Shown here: positions 31,223 through 46,736 of the stretch, in pieces | Position numbering within the stretch: position 1 is the stretch's first letter | Layout: each line of letters begins with the position of its first letter | Origin: the human T2T-CHM13v2.0 reference genome, Homo sapiens | Reading direction: 5' to 3' (one strand) | NCBI RefSeq assembly: GCF_009914755.1 | Contig: NC_060928.1 | DNA length: 64,000 nt | The notes under the pieces: generated by a model | The model's input: only the letters and a program-made list of their open reading frames with translations | The model's database searches: none | What the model was told of the DNA's origin: nothing | Translations under genes and position numbers: made by a program

Positions 31223-32440
31223 CAGCTCTTCAGATATTTGATTGTTTGAACTTGATTTGAATTTGTCTGAAATATACATCGGTTATTTCCTATGGGTTGC
31301 CCCCGAAAGGGCCCAGATTGAATGGCAAGGGCAGAGTCAGGAGGCCTGATCCACCAGCCCTGCTCTGGCCCTCATTGGCGAGAGGCGTTGCCCAAGTCCC
31401 TGGGTCTCTCCTGTCATGCTTTATCTATAAAATGAAGATGTTGGCTTGTTGGCTTCTGAAGTTGCTTTCAGATCTGAAATCTAGTGTTGGTCACAGACTT
31501 TATTTATCTTTTTAAAGATGCCTTTTGACACTTCCCAAAGTTCTATTTCTGCTAAGTGAACGCCCAAGAGCCAGTTACATTTTCTTCAAGTCTTCAGATG
31601 AATGGCAGTTGAATGAGATCTGCAATGAGCCGAGGCTGAACTCCATGTACAACTCTACAGGGATTAGATAATATTCCTTGGTATTTGGCCAAAGGAAAAA
31701 CACAAAGTCATAAAATTAAGGAAAGAGGCTCGGGTGATTGGCTTTGAATTTTAGGAATGGAGAGTTTCATAGGATTGGAGACTGTCTGAGTCATCTCTCT
31801 GGCACCCTACCAAAGCTGAATTTCCCTTACAGCCCCCCTAGCCTGCTTAAACACTCCCCGGGACAAACACTGAGCAGGCCCATGATGTCACTGGTCATTG
31901 TCTTCATTGAATGTTCCCATCTACCAATTTGAAATCTGTCTCCAAGATGTTCTCTCAGTTTCCCCATCATTCTGCTTTGGGTCCCATAGAACTCAAAGCC
32001 CCTCAGAAACTAACTGCCATATTCCCTCTTCCCTCCCCATCATTGGACGCTCCATTCTGTCATTCTGGAAGACTCTTCTGTTTCTCTCAGAGTGATTCTT
32101 CCAGTCTCACTGAAATGTCTCTTCTGTGGAGCAGCCGCCCCTCACTTTCTATGTGAAGACAGATTCCTTCTTGTCCCTCAGACTCCACAGCCATCACTCG
32201 TGCTTTTGGCTTTATGTCCTGTTCCCCCAAAAAGACTTACTGCTCAGGGAGAGCAACCCCTGTGCCTGCCTCACTATTCCCAGCACCTGGAGCAGTGATG
32301 AGTGTTTGGATAATTCCATCCTGAATAAAGGATTTTGAGACCTGGGTATTGCTAATAATTTTAGAATTCACAAACTAGAGGAATAAATTAGTAACAACTA
32401 ACTATAGAGATGTGTAGACATAACCTATCAGAGACATAGG

Positions 32441-32560
32441 TTGTTGGCAGAACCTAACCGGAAGCCAGAGGTCACAGGAATCTATGGATATGGTCAACGA
32501 AGGTCAGTTTCCCAGGTCCAGGGCAGGATGAAGAAGACTTGAGTGTGTGGGTTGGGGACA
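32441..32560 (+). repeat. Direct duplicate of 30765-30882 (~120 bp, ~87% identical)
   Basis: Both read ttgttggcagaacctaacc.gaagccagaggtca.aggaatctatggat ... gggttgggg. Confidence 0.9.
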
Positions 32561-34327
32561 CACTTCAGGTGTCTGTCTCCAGTTGGTGAGAACAGTTTAC
32601 ACAGTGTGATGAAAAGCAGTCTCTGTTCTGGCTGAGTCAGAGTTATTGTCTATGTCTCAAACATTGTAAACCACGATATACTGATAAGCCAAAAGAGCAA
32701 GTTACACCATGCAACCCTATTTCTGGGAGGAAAGGACTATCCACACAATGATGTACAACAGAGAGGAAGGAAGGTCACAGTGTGGAGGGATATATAGTAG
32801 TGGAATATAGAAACATTTAGAATCTCATCATAAAATCAAGATAATATCTATCCATCTGCACTTCTAAAAAAACTGACAGGAGTCAAAGAACCTTAAATCT
32901 AGAGGTCTAAGTCAATGTTCATCTATGTTGATGCCGTTGCTGAAGCCCCCTTGGCTCCTAATCAGAAATGCTCACCGTCTTGGGATCTACATAGCTATGT
33001 ACACTGGGCCTTGTGTGCAGAATCTCAGGAGTGATTATACTGTTAGTTTAAGATTCACTTTTATATTTTTAAATCATTTTTGTATCCTCAAACAATGGCA
33101 ACCAAACTTTTGCTGGGCAGTGGTACTACAACGGAAAAACCTTTCTCAAAATCAACAACTTTGGAATTAAATGTTAGATGCAATTGAATATTATAAAGAA
33201 GGCCATAAAATTACCTGAAGTGATAGGCTGAACTGTGAATTTTGGAGTGAGAAATAGATGAAATGAGGCAATGGCTTGCTGGAGTCATTATAGAATCAGG
33301 AAAAGGTAATTAAAAAAAAATCAAGGAAAAAATTCTCATGAGTCGGCTACAGGACGCATGTTGCAAAGGAGTCTTTTGACTTAAGGGTTGGCAGTTCATG
33401 TGCTCCAAAAATACATTCCTGGCTACTTTATATTTTAATTCCTATGAAAGAATCTGCTTTAGAGTTTGCTGTTTTTTAAATTAGATGAGCTCATTTTGGG
33501 AGTCCATCTCTCAAATCAAATAGAATTACACAGATAAAATTTGGAATGATACACACCAAAATTATAAAATTTACAAGATTCTTTTCGGGGGAGTAAGATT
33601 ATAATTGGCTTGTATTTTCTTCCTTTTATTTATATTTTTTCTTGCTTTTAAAAATTCATATTAATGACTATAAATAAATGAATGTTGCATAATCTTTTTT
33701 TAAGGAAGAAATTATGCCACAAGTAGTAGAGCTCTAAAGCCAGAAACACCTGCTGCATCAAGAACATTTCTTTCATGCCAATGTGTGGTAGCCCTGACAC
33801 AGCACAGATGCGCCCTGGTTTCCTTCTTGTTGGAAGGAATCTCATTACCACCAGGAGTAGTTGACTCCCAAGAACACATATTATATGTTATGCACTTCAC
33901 TGAAAGGGTAGCAAGAAGGGGTGAGGTCATGGGAGAAAAAAAACTGCCCTCAAAATCTTTGGGGTGTTTTGGAGTCCTAGGAGCTATGAACTAGCATGAG
34001 TGTACAGTTGCCTCATCCACTTAAGTCCCAGAATGTTTGAGAATACATTTCTGTTCCTTAAACTAGAAGAGAGATTTCCTTTCCAACTTCTTTATCTGAG
34101 ATTAAACCATGACTAAAGCTTGCACACCAACATCCCATTCTAAGTTTAGGGTCTGAATTCTTCTGTCTAAATTTTCCTCAGGTATCTCCAGGTGGTCCCC
34201 CAATCTGTGAGACCAAATAGGACCAATTGTTCATTGTAAGAACATTTCTAGCTCTAGAAAGGGGTGTGGCCCTCTAGGGACTTCTCAGTAATGAAAAAGA
34301 AAGGTTGAAAGAAAAGAATCCCTCTTA

Positions 34328-35125
<798 letters not shown>

Positions 35126-35516
35126 TTAGAAAGGTGAAATAAAAAGCTTGCAAATAAATACTCCTGAATAACAGAATCAGTCTTATTCTAGGAATGGATT
35201 CCACATGAACATAAAGGATAAAAAAACTTCTTAAGACTCAAAATAACACATTTTTCCCGTGATCAAAATTCTGGGGCTACACATTTGCTCCCTGGTTTGA
35301 CATATCTCTGCTCCCACACATCACCGGGTTTCTGGCTTTAACAGCAGGGGCCATAATTCAGGCACCCATTAGGCACCAGGCATTGTGGCAGGCACTGTGT
35401 TTACATTCTCTGTAACTTCACCACAACCTCCAAGTCTGGGATTCCTATCCTTAAGTTGTTAATGGGGAAACTAAAGTAAAGCAGGATTAAGAAATAAGCC
35501 CGAAACATCCCAGCTA

Positions 35517-36321
<805 letters not shown>

Positions 36322-36987
36322 GCACATGTGGCCAGTCATGAGTTTTTGTTTTGGCATGTTGCCTCTCATCTGCCAGAATCCCTAGAATCTCATCTGCCAG
36401 AATCCCCAGGTAATCATCCTGTCCAAAAGCCTATTGGGTCCTTGCCACCTTTCAGTCAATGTGTCTGGTCAAGGGATAAGGTCAAGGTTGGCAGGGAGTC
36501 ATGTGCTGCCGATCCCTAGTCTGGTTCTTTGTTTAAAACTCCCACCAGCTCCTTTGGTTTCCCTTACCTCAACCACCACCATGTACCCAAATCTATGTGC
36601 CAAATAGGTTTTAAAGCCCCCTGATCATAAACCTTAAAAAGTAAGCCTTTCTATGCACATGTTGAACTGCTTCATGTTGAACTGCCCTCCCCACTTCATT
36701 TATCCCATCTGATTGCAGTCTGCTTCCCCCTCCTTGCTACTAGCCTGACCGGGCCATTCATCAGTTCTTGTGCTTCTTTCTCTTTAGAGATGTGGTGCTT
36801 CTTCTACTCTTCCAGGTTCAACTCTGACTCCCCTCCAACTGTCCTGGGTGAAACCCCCTCCCTTGCTGACTCATCCCCAAGGCCCTCCCACTCCAGGCCA
36901 CCCTCACAGATGCTTATCTGCCTGGGCTGGTTCTTAAAATCCATAAGCAACGGCCAGATAATTTAATCCTACAAAGTGATTGGCAAA

Positions 36988-37420
36988 TGTGACAGTCCAG
37001 GTCCTCCCAGGGACAGGTAACAAGACAGGGTTAAACATGTAAGGACTGTATTGGAGAAATGCCTGTGTAAGAGAGAAAATGATGGGAGCTGGGAAGGTTA
37101 GGAGGTCATCAGAACATGATAAGAATCTGACTCAAGCGAAGGAGAGAGGGAGAGGAGGTTGGGGGTAGGGGAAACATCACAGACTGCCTGTCATGCAGTC
37201 AAAAGAGGGTTCAGCAAAGCCATCGCGGAGTCCTTGAGAAAAAGCTGCTCACCCAGAGGGATCCCTTAGTCTACTTAGTGTCTGCACCAGGCTCTTCCTT
37301 GCCAGGAGCTACCCATGGGAGACACAGCCTTGGTACAAACACCACAGTGGATTTCAAAGCCCAGCAGCTGACTCTGCTGTCTGTGGTGGGGGGTCTGGAG
37401 GCAATGCTCATGGCCACCAT
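36988..37420 (-). mobile_element. LTR16-like ERVL LTR
   Basis: tattggagaaatgcctgtg ... gaaggagagagggagaggagg ... tcagcaaagcc ... gtggatttcaaagcccagcagctg. Confidence 0.65.
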
Positions 37421-39769
37421 GGTAGGCCACTTCATGCCAGATGGAAAGGTTGTCATGGGGGAGTCTATTCATTTATTCAGCAAATCATGTATGGAGCATC
37501 TCTATGCCAGGTGCTGTGCTAAGATTAAAAATCAAGGCCAGTTTTCTATGCCAGGCTACAAAATAGATTTTTCTGGGGTAGCTGCTCACTGATACTCTCA
37601 TCAACCTCCTGAAAAAAATGTGCATTACTCCAAGGCCACTAGGATTTGCCCTCTCTTTCTTTAACCTCTGTGAAAGACAATCCTGCTTAGGAGTACAGAA
37701 CATGGGCTATTTGATAGAGTGATACAGCAAGGTGGCTTGCATTGGGATGCAGTGGTTTCAGAGCAATTCCATGTCACTCAGAGGATCCCTGGGAAGTGAC
37801 TCAGGAACATCCTTTGGAATCAAGAGGAAGCCAGTTGGGTTGGACTCCAGATCTACCAACATCACATTAACCAGAATAATTGTCCATTTAATATTTCATA
37901 TCCTACAATTACAAATAGAAACTATTTTTTTAAAAGAGCATAACACTTTTAGAATTTTAAAGTCCAATTTGCAATGGAGTCAGATGACTCCTTTCTATTT
38001 TCCTAGAACTTAGCACAGTGCCTTACATACATTGGCAGTTAGTAATGTTAATACATAAACAAATTAGTGAATGAATGAAGTTAACCCAGTGAATCTGTTC
38101 CCAGAATGGCTCTTTTAGACAGTTACTATGTTTCCATTTTGCTGATCACAACTTGATATTCTCAGAGTTTCTATTAACTGGTCATGACAAGAGATTACCC
38201 AGAGTGGATACTGAGCTTCAGATCCAGGACATCTGAGTCCAAACTTAGAGCCCTTTGTACTGCACTCCTCTGTAGAGACTGTGTGTTCTAGAGCCTTCTT
38301 CAAAATCCCCCACTATATCCATGCAGTGTCTAACTGCAGGCAATATAAGGTTCTAGCATTTCTATCTTTTCATCCTTTCTCCCCATTGGCCATTAGCAAC
38401 AGCTACTCTCCATTCCCAGATACCAGCAAGCTTAAAAATAATCTCCCCTCTGCCTATTTCCACATTCTTCAGAAGGTTTTTAAATGCTTAGAGGATATGT
38501 GCTCTCAGGTATAGGCCTGGAGCAAGGAAACTTCAACTCCCCCTTTGGTTCTCTTTTTATGAAGTTTTCTCTGTACTTAGGAACATGCACCATGCCATAA
38601 CAGAATTAAAACCTTAGATCTCTGTTTATAAAGATACAAGAGATAACCTAGTGAACAAGATGTGTTTTTTGTTTTTTGTTTTGGTGTGGCTCTTGCAGAA
38701 AATAAATTCCTTTCTTGGCGCTTGCTGAAAGTTTGGACTGTGTGTTTGATGTGAAATTTATATGGAAGCAAAACCTTGGACAATTAAGCCAGCTTGGAAT
38801 GTTGAAAATGACAATAATAAAAGCTATTCTCTCTGGGGTCTGGTTGCTGTGCTAGGCCTCCATAAACATTATCTCATTTAATCTTCCAACTGCCCTAATG
38901 AGAGCTACAATTAATATCCTTGCTTTACAAATGAGAGAACCCAGTTACAGCTCAGATGAGTAATTTGGCAAAGGAAATACAGCTAGTATTAAAGTAATGA
39001 ACGAAGCATGTAATGTAGCTGACATGTAAATCTTAGTGTAGCACATTTGAAAACAAGTGCTATGTAAATACATAAATTATTTATTTATATGTCATAGAAT
39101 TAGTATTAAGAGCAGGAATATTGATGTTAATGTATTTTTTTAATTTTTTGATTAATCAGATATAGGCTGTTAATAGCAATAAGAGTATTAGTCAATATGT
39201 CACATTCATTGGGTTACAAAATAGTTTTTAAAAGCCAACCTTGGAAATCTCATTAGAGTCCCCTGGTTTCCCAGTTTCTGAAAGTTTTCTATATTAGAGT
39301 GATCCAAATGCTGACATGATTAATGATTACATTTTCATAAGCCTCAGTTCCCACATTTGTTGTAGTTCTTCTACCAAATCCACAAGATTCTTTGACAGCT
39401 TTGCAAACATTCTTAAAAAATGTTTGTCCATAAACAGTAATAACAAAAACTCCACTCTCAAGATGCACTGATGGCAGAATGTCTAGTCTATAGAGCACAG
39501 TTCCTCATCAGCGCTCTGGTCCAGATTCCTCAAGGCAGTTGTTACTAACAATTGCTTCAGTTACTCTTAAAAGAACACACTGTATTCTTCCGAGTGTGTT
39601 AATATACATTTACACCAGAGTGGTGTTTCATTTAGATTTAGTTATAAAAATTGATTTATGTATTTGTGTCTTCTTGTATGCCCATGAAGAGGAACAAATC
39701 AAAACATCCCATTAAAGATTCCTCCACTCCAGGGTACAAGCAAGACTCCTATGGAAGACAATGCCCATT

Positions 39770-40640
39770 AACAATGAATTCATGTTTAAAAAATTTACAA
39801 AGCACGCAAAGATAGCAACTGTTAAAAGAAAGAGCCATTAAATTCAGTAAATAGGATAATTTATATCGAAACTACTCATGGTCATAGGGTAATCTGAAAA
39901 GAACATTAGTATAAGTAAAGCATGTTGGAAATATCCAAATGGATAAAGAAGAGAATAAGATAAAAACATTACTTTTTTTAATTAAAAAAAGCAAGTAGAT
40001 TTGACAATGAACCAAACAAATCTAGAACTGAAGAATTATGGTATGTGAATTAAAAACCCATTAGACGATAGACTAGACAATTAAAAAGAAAATTTCAAAA
40101 CTGTGGAATAAATATGGGAAAGTTATATCCAGTAGCACAAAAAGATATAAGGAGATGGAAAATAGAAATGTGAAGTTAAGAGATACAAAGGCGAGAAGGA
40201 CAGGATGAACAGATATCTAACGGGAGTAACGGATGTTGATAAGTGAGACATTAAGGAGAGCAACAGTGAGAGAAATATTGGGATATTTCCCAAAATTCAA
40301 AAAAAAGAATCTTCATATTTAAACAGAAAAGCATACTCCTAAGTAGGATGAATGTAAATAACTTGCAACTAATCATGTAATATTGAAATTACATAGTTGA
40401 GGATAAAAGGAAAATCCTGGAATCACGAGACAGGAAAGTTGAATGACCTTCAAGCATCATATGGAGAAACTGGCATCTCCTCAGAAACGACAGATAATAG
40501 AAAAGATCCAACCTTTTCCAAAGTGCTGAAGAGTAAGAAAAACTCCACCAATCTAGCTTTTATTCAGGAGTAGGAGTGGCATTGAGATACTCTCAGATCG
40601 AGACACTTGCTGAAAAACTTACAAAAGGATGCAACTCAGT
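39770..40640 (+). mobile_element. HAL1/L1ME ORF1 remnant
   Basis: aaccaaacaaatctagaactgaagaat ... agcacaaaaagatataaggagatggaaaatag ... gttaagagata. Confidence 0.6.
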
Positions 40641-41520
40641 GCATCAGTTAGCAGTACTTTTGCTACAATTTTGGAAAATCTAACCAACAGTAAATTACAC
40701 AGGTAGGCTATTTTTCTTCTCTAACAAGAAGTCTATAAGTTGACTGAGCTGTTGATTCACTTATTCATCATTCACCCAACAAGTATTTATTGAGCACCCA
40801 CTGTCTGTCTCCTGTGTACCTATCATGTATAGCTTATATTCTATCCTGATCATGCTTTTTACAATTGCAACTAACCCCTACCTTTACACTCCCATGCCCT
40901 TTACCTTGTTTTACCTTTTTTTTTTTTTACTGCATCTATTTTTTTCTGTATAATTATGTTGTTTATCATGTCTGTTGCTTAATGTCTGTCTCCATCTGCT
41001 AAGTTACAACCTTGGGGACAAGAATCTTGGTGCATAAATGAACTGCTAGGTAAATAAAAAAGAAACAAAAATGTTAAATCTGATATGATATTAGAACTAG
41101 ACTTTCTGAGATTTTCTTGGTCTTATCCTTATGGCTGTCACCTCATGGTGACAAGATGGTGGTTTCAGGCCTATACATCAAAAGAAACAAAAATGTTAAA
41201 TCTGATATGATATTAGAACTAGACTTTCTGAGATTTTCTTGGTCTTATCCTTATGGCTGTCACCTCATGGTGACAAGATGGTGGTTTCAGGCCTATACAT
41301 CAGAACTTCATTCAAGGTAGAAAAAAAGGGAAGGGGACAGGGTAGATTCAGCAAATTTCAACTCATTTATCATTGACCAGAATTGTGTCAAATTATTTTT
41401 CTAGCTACTAGGAAGGCTGAGAAATCAATTATTTCACTCTGACAGTTTCTATCATGGAGGCAAGAAAATGGGATTGTATTTGGATTTGGAGCTTGGGTGA
41501 GTCGACATTTAATAAACCAT
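40640..41520 (-). mobile_element. MLT1J-like LTR fragments flanking L2 pieces (40755-41030)
   Basis: taacaagaagtct ... cctcatggtgacaagatgg ... tcattgaccagaattgtgtca ... ggaaggctgagaaat. Confidence 0.55.
41059..41302 (+). repeat. Perfect 122-bp tandem duplication
   Basis: 41059-41180 and 41181-41302 are identical by inspection. Confidence 0.98.
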
Positions 41521-42236
41521 ATTCAATAAGCCATATTCAATAAGAAGAAGTTGGAAGATAAGAGGAAGAAGAGGACCATAAGAAACAAAAAATAACAGTA
41601 GAACTATCATATCTCTAAAAGAAAATAAAGTAAGAACTTTTTTGTTTTATATAATATCTGAAAGGTTATTGTTTATCCCTGTAACTCATTATCTGAAGAA
41701 AGGGATGATGAACAGGAGGAGGGAGTGCAGAGGAAGAACAAGACAGAAAAGCAGAATGCTGTCGATGATATCATGGCCTGGCCTGCCTCACACAACAGCT
41801 GGAAAAGTGGTTTCTTCTCAAACCTCTTTCCTCCCCCCAAAACTTGAATTTGTTCCCAATAGGCCCCTAATTAGCAATAGGCAAAGGAATCCCTCCTCCT
41901 AGTTCTAGATAAAACTGTTTTCCTTGTGTGTCAGGGGCATAGCCGTCTTGGGACAAAAAAGGAAATAACTGGCAGTTGGAATGGAAGACAGAAAGCCATC
42001 TGGCCAGATGTCTAGAGTTTACACTGTTCCCTTCAGGGGTGCTGAGAGACTGTGGAATGTGGTTTGGCATCACTCATGAGTGAAGAGGCTGCAGCCGTCA
42101 TTTGGGTTTTACATTTAATGGCTCTTAGGAAATATATTTAAAAGTATATACACCTACTGACCACTCATACCTATGGGTACCCAGGAACTGGGCTGTATCA
42201 GTGCTTCTATTTGTCAACATGGCATGGAGATGTTAC

Positions 42237-42409
42237 TTTTTTTTTTTTTTTTTTTTTTTTGAGATGGAGTCTTACTATGTCGCCAGGCTGGAGTGCAGTG
42301 GCGCAATCTCGGCTCACTGAAACTGCAAATGCCTCCCGGGTTCAAGCTATTCTCCTGCCTCAGCCACTCGAGTAGCTGGCATTACAGGCACACGCCACCA
42401 CACCCAGCT

Positions 42410-42442
<33 letters not shown>

Positions 42443-42567
42443 TATTTTTAGTAGAGACAGGATTTCACCATGTTGGCCGGGATGGCCTCGATCTCCTGAC
42501 CTTGCGATCCACCCGCCTTGACCTCCCAAAGTGATGGGATTACAGGTGTGAGCCACAGCGCCCTGCT
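42237..42567 (-). mobile_element. AluSc with an expanded central T tract (~30 T)
   Basis: tgtcgccaggctgg and gatggcctcgatctc; TSD gagatgttacttt. Confidence 0.95.
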
Positions 42568-42910
42568 GAGATGTTACTTTCTTAATAGGGCTTATTAAAA
42601 GTCTGCTTTTAAAAGAAAGAAGTTTGAAATGTGTCTTGCCAGGAGGAGAAGGTTGCTTGATGTTTGGTGACTCAATTTGGACACAGACTTAAACCTTTTC
42701 TCTGTGTCTGCCATGACACGCTCTCCCTGTCTGACGGCTCTGACAGTCTAATTCTAGCCTATACCAGGATGAATGGAAAAGGGGCTTGGAAGGGAGAAAA
42801 GGTCTGCACCCTATTTAAGATGGCTTAGTTTGAAAGCAAGTCACTACAAAACTTAGATGAAAATGCACTGACAATAGAAAGAATCCCACATCAAAGCCAA
42901 ACAGTGATAG

Positions 42911-43498
42911 AGTATTAGTCCATTTTCACACTGCTGTAAAGAAATACAGAGTTCCCACTGTAGGATGACTTCTGTCATTTAGATAAAGGGAATCTAGTGC
43001 CCTAGACCACAAAGCATCTCCCTATTTAATGACTTAGTGAGGAAAAATAAGGCCAATTAGGAAATTACCTAGAACTAAGTCTTCAAAAGAAAAGACACTA
43101 AAACTGCCACTCCTGACAGATTGGCATGGCTCTGATGGCTTAGTGGATGGCTTACCCAGAGACTGGGAAATCTATTAACAAAAGAAGTTTAATGGACTCA
43201 CAGTTCCTCATGGCTGGGGAAGCCTTAGGAAACTTACAATCATGGCAGAAGGTGAAGGGGAAGAAAGCCTGAACCTTCTCACATGGCGGCAAGAAAGAGA
43301 GGAAGGAGCAAAGTGGAAAGAGCACCTTATAAAATCATCAGGTCTCCTGAGAACTCACTCACTATCATGAGAATAACATGGAGGATATCGCCCCCGTGAT
43401 CCAATCCCCTCCCACCAGGTCTCTCCCTAGACACGTGGGGATTATGGAGATTACAATTCAAAATGAGATTTGGGTGTAGATACAGCCAAACCATATCA
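42911..43498 (-). mobile_element. THE1D-like solo LTR interrupted by a ~208-bp non-LTR insert
   Basis: gtattagtccattttcacactgctgtaaagaaatac|insert|ccagagactggg ... cagccaaaccatatca. Confidence 0.9.
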
Positions 43499-43726
43499 GA
43501 GAGCATGGAGACAGAGATGGGCTCTGGTTGCTGCTGGGCAGAGCCATGCCAATCTGACAGTAGTGGCAGTTTTGGTGTCTTTTCCTTTGAAAACTTGGTT
43601 CTAGGTAATTTCCTAATTGGCCCTATTTTTCCTCACTAAGTCATTAAGTAGGGAGATGCTTTGTGGTCTAGGGCACTAGATTCTCTTTATCTAAATGACA
43701 GAAGTCATCCTACGGTGGGAACTCTG
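42947..43726. repeat. Inverted repeat: arms 42947-43134 and 43539-43726 (188 bp, ~95% identical)
   Basis: Manual alignment: 10 substitutions, no indels. Confidence 0.97.
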
Positions 43727-44170
43727 GGTTGCCTGTTATTCCATCCAGAATCCCCTCTTTCTGAAAGTTGTTTTTGGCAGCCGGGGTCTATCTCTGCCCT
43801 CCTGAGCATTCTATTAAGTTTGCTGCTGTTTTTCTATTAAACCTAAAGAATAGTCATTCTGTCTCCACACAGTCCCCTTCAAAGAAGAAAAAGATGAGAT
43901 ATTACAGCAGCAGATATTACAGATATTACATGCAATGGTAAAAGGGGCAAGCCCTTGAAACAAGTGAGATCTAATTTTAAAATCTCATTTCTGAATGTTT
44001 CTTCATTGGCAAAATAAGGATAAGACTCATAGTGCAGTGTTATTATGAAGACTAAAGATACTGTATGTAATATTCTCAGCACAGTGCCCTGTATACAACA
44101 GAGGCTTAAAAAATTGCTCCTACATATTCTTATGCTTATTTTACTGGGCTATACTGTTTCTCAATAGATT

Positions 44171-44172
<2 letters not shown>

Positions 44173-44215
<43 letters not shown>

Positions 44216-44251
44216 CCACATACACATACATGTGTGCACACACACACACAC
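44173..44251. repeat. (CT)n(CA)n compound microsatellite
   Basis: Seen directly. Confidence 0.95.
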
Positions 44252-46236
44252 TACTGCTGAATTTCCAGGTCATATTTGGCAGACTACTTAAGGAAGCACT
44301 GTGTACATGTTAGCTACCTTGGCCCTTGAGTTGCTGCCAGGTTTTATGCTACAGAAAATGTAGTGTGGCTGGAAATGTAGCTCTACTGAAAACTGACCAA
44401 CCCTGTGTAATATATCCATTTGTTTCGTCATAAAGGAAAGAGTAATGGACTAAAAGTCTGAGTTCACAGCCTTGCTTCTGCCAACACTGTGTATTATCTT
44501 CATATCTAGAACATACATTGCAGTGGGTATCAACCAAGGACTTCACATATAGCACCTCATATAAAGATCCATAAAGGGGAATAGTGTCTTGTCCTCTTTC
44601 CCAAAGAGGGAAGACAGATTTCACTAATGGCTGGTGTTGAGAGGAAGAATTTAGTAGTAGCTTCTTGCCCTCAGCAATAGCTTCTTGCAATAGCTCTTAT
44701 AAGTGGACACAGATCTCCCTGATCCTCAATTGGGTAAGTTTACAAGGAAACCCTTTGCCACTTCCTGGGAGGCAAGTTGTTCTTAGGCTTTACCTGGGAC
44801 TAGCAAAGAAATTGAATTCAGTGAGACTATTTTAGGGGCCCAGGTGGTTAAAGTTTCACACCATGTTTCTTCAATTCAGCCTTAAGAATAATAAAGCTGA
44901 AGTTTTGATCTCCATCTGTGTGATTCTTTTAGCTATCTTTCAAGGGGTTCCAGACATATTTGGGATGACAAGTGCATGATTTAATGGCCCCCTTAAGCCA
45001 GAACAACTAATATTTCCATTCCCATTTTAATATATGAAGAATCTGAAGGTCAGCGAAGTTGAGTAACTTGCCCAGGGCTACAGAGATATGGGTCACAAAG
45101 GTGGAATTGAACCCAAGCTCTTTTAGCTTCCAAGACTGTGGCCTATCCTCTATGCTAGACCGCCACCTTAAAAAGCAAATGTCCCTTCCTCGAGTTATTT
45201 GAATTACAATTTTTCTTTTCACAGCGCAGTTTGGGAAACTCCCCTCTACTGCTTTCAGTTTTCATATCAGCAAAATCAAGAGGTTGAACTAAAAGACCAA
45301 GAAAGCTCTCCCAGATGAAAAAGCTTGTGATTCTATGATTTATTTATTTTTTAGTTCGTATTAATTCTCCTTCCATGTTTTCAGTGCTGTGAGTTCCTGA
45401 GTTTTAAACTCCAGAAAGCAGATAAAATCATTTCCTAAAATGAAGTGTTACACATTTCATTCAAAGGAAGTGTATAATCTTGTAAATGTATAGATTAATA
45501 AATTAAAAATTAATAAAAACAGCTGATTTTGTTACAGTGGCCATTGAGAATGTACAGGCAAATACTTCTGACTACAGCAACTATCTCCACAGAGGCGGAG
45601 TCATCTCAGCGCAAATCAGGAGCATCCTGGAACCCAACTAGAAAATCACTGGAGTATCAGGAATAACATAAGCTTTGGAGTCACAAGGCCTGAATTTGAG
45701 TCTCAGCCACCCTATCTATGAGCTGTGTGCACTGAGAAAGCCATTTAACATACTGCGCCTCAGATAATCATGTGTAAGTATTAGTATTCTTACTGTCTTC
45801 ATGGCAGCTATGATGTAAACTGTTTTGGAAAGCATCAAACACTATACAAAGTCATTAGTATTAATAAAGGTGGCATTCTTCTCTCATTCATAAGACCATA
45901 GCTTCCTATGAAATCTAGGTGAAAATTACTGGGGAATGCCACATTAGAGATGGTATCTTAGTAATTCAGAGAAACTTTGTGGAGGTTCAATGATTCAGAT
46001 CCAATAGGGTTAAAGGCAAGTGGTGTTGGAAAGGCTGATTGAGAGGCTGAGATGAGAGTCTCCCTCAGGCATTGAGCTGTCAGCAGGGCAGGAATAGATA
46101 TTCCAAGCCCATAGCACCTCAACAGCTCTCTAAAACGCTAACATCATGCATGCAGTTGAGTAACACATGTGTTTTCAATGTCATGCAACTTTGTGCTGTA
46201 ATTTAAAAATTTTGTGTGACAAAGAGCTGGATTTAA

Positions 46237-46630
<394 letters not shown>

Positions 46631-46736
46631 TGATACCTTTTAGAAAATGTATCTCCTTTGTGACATTTAACCTTTCCAAAAAGAATTGATCAATTTCTTC
46701 TCTTTATTTTCATTGCAATTTGTATTCTTGTATTTA

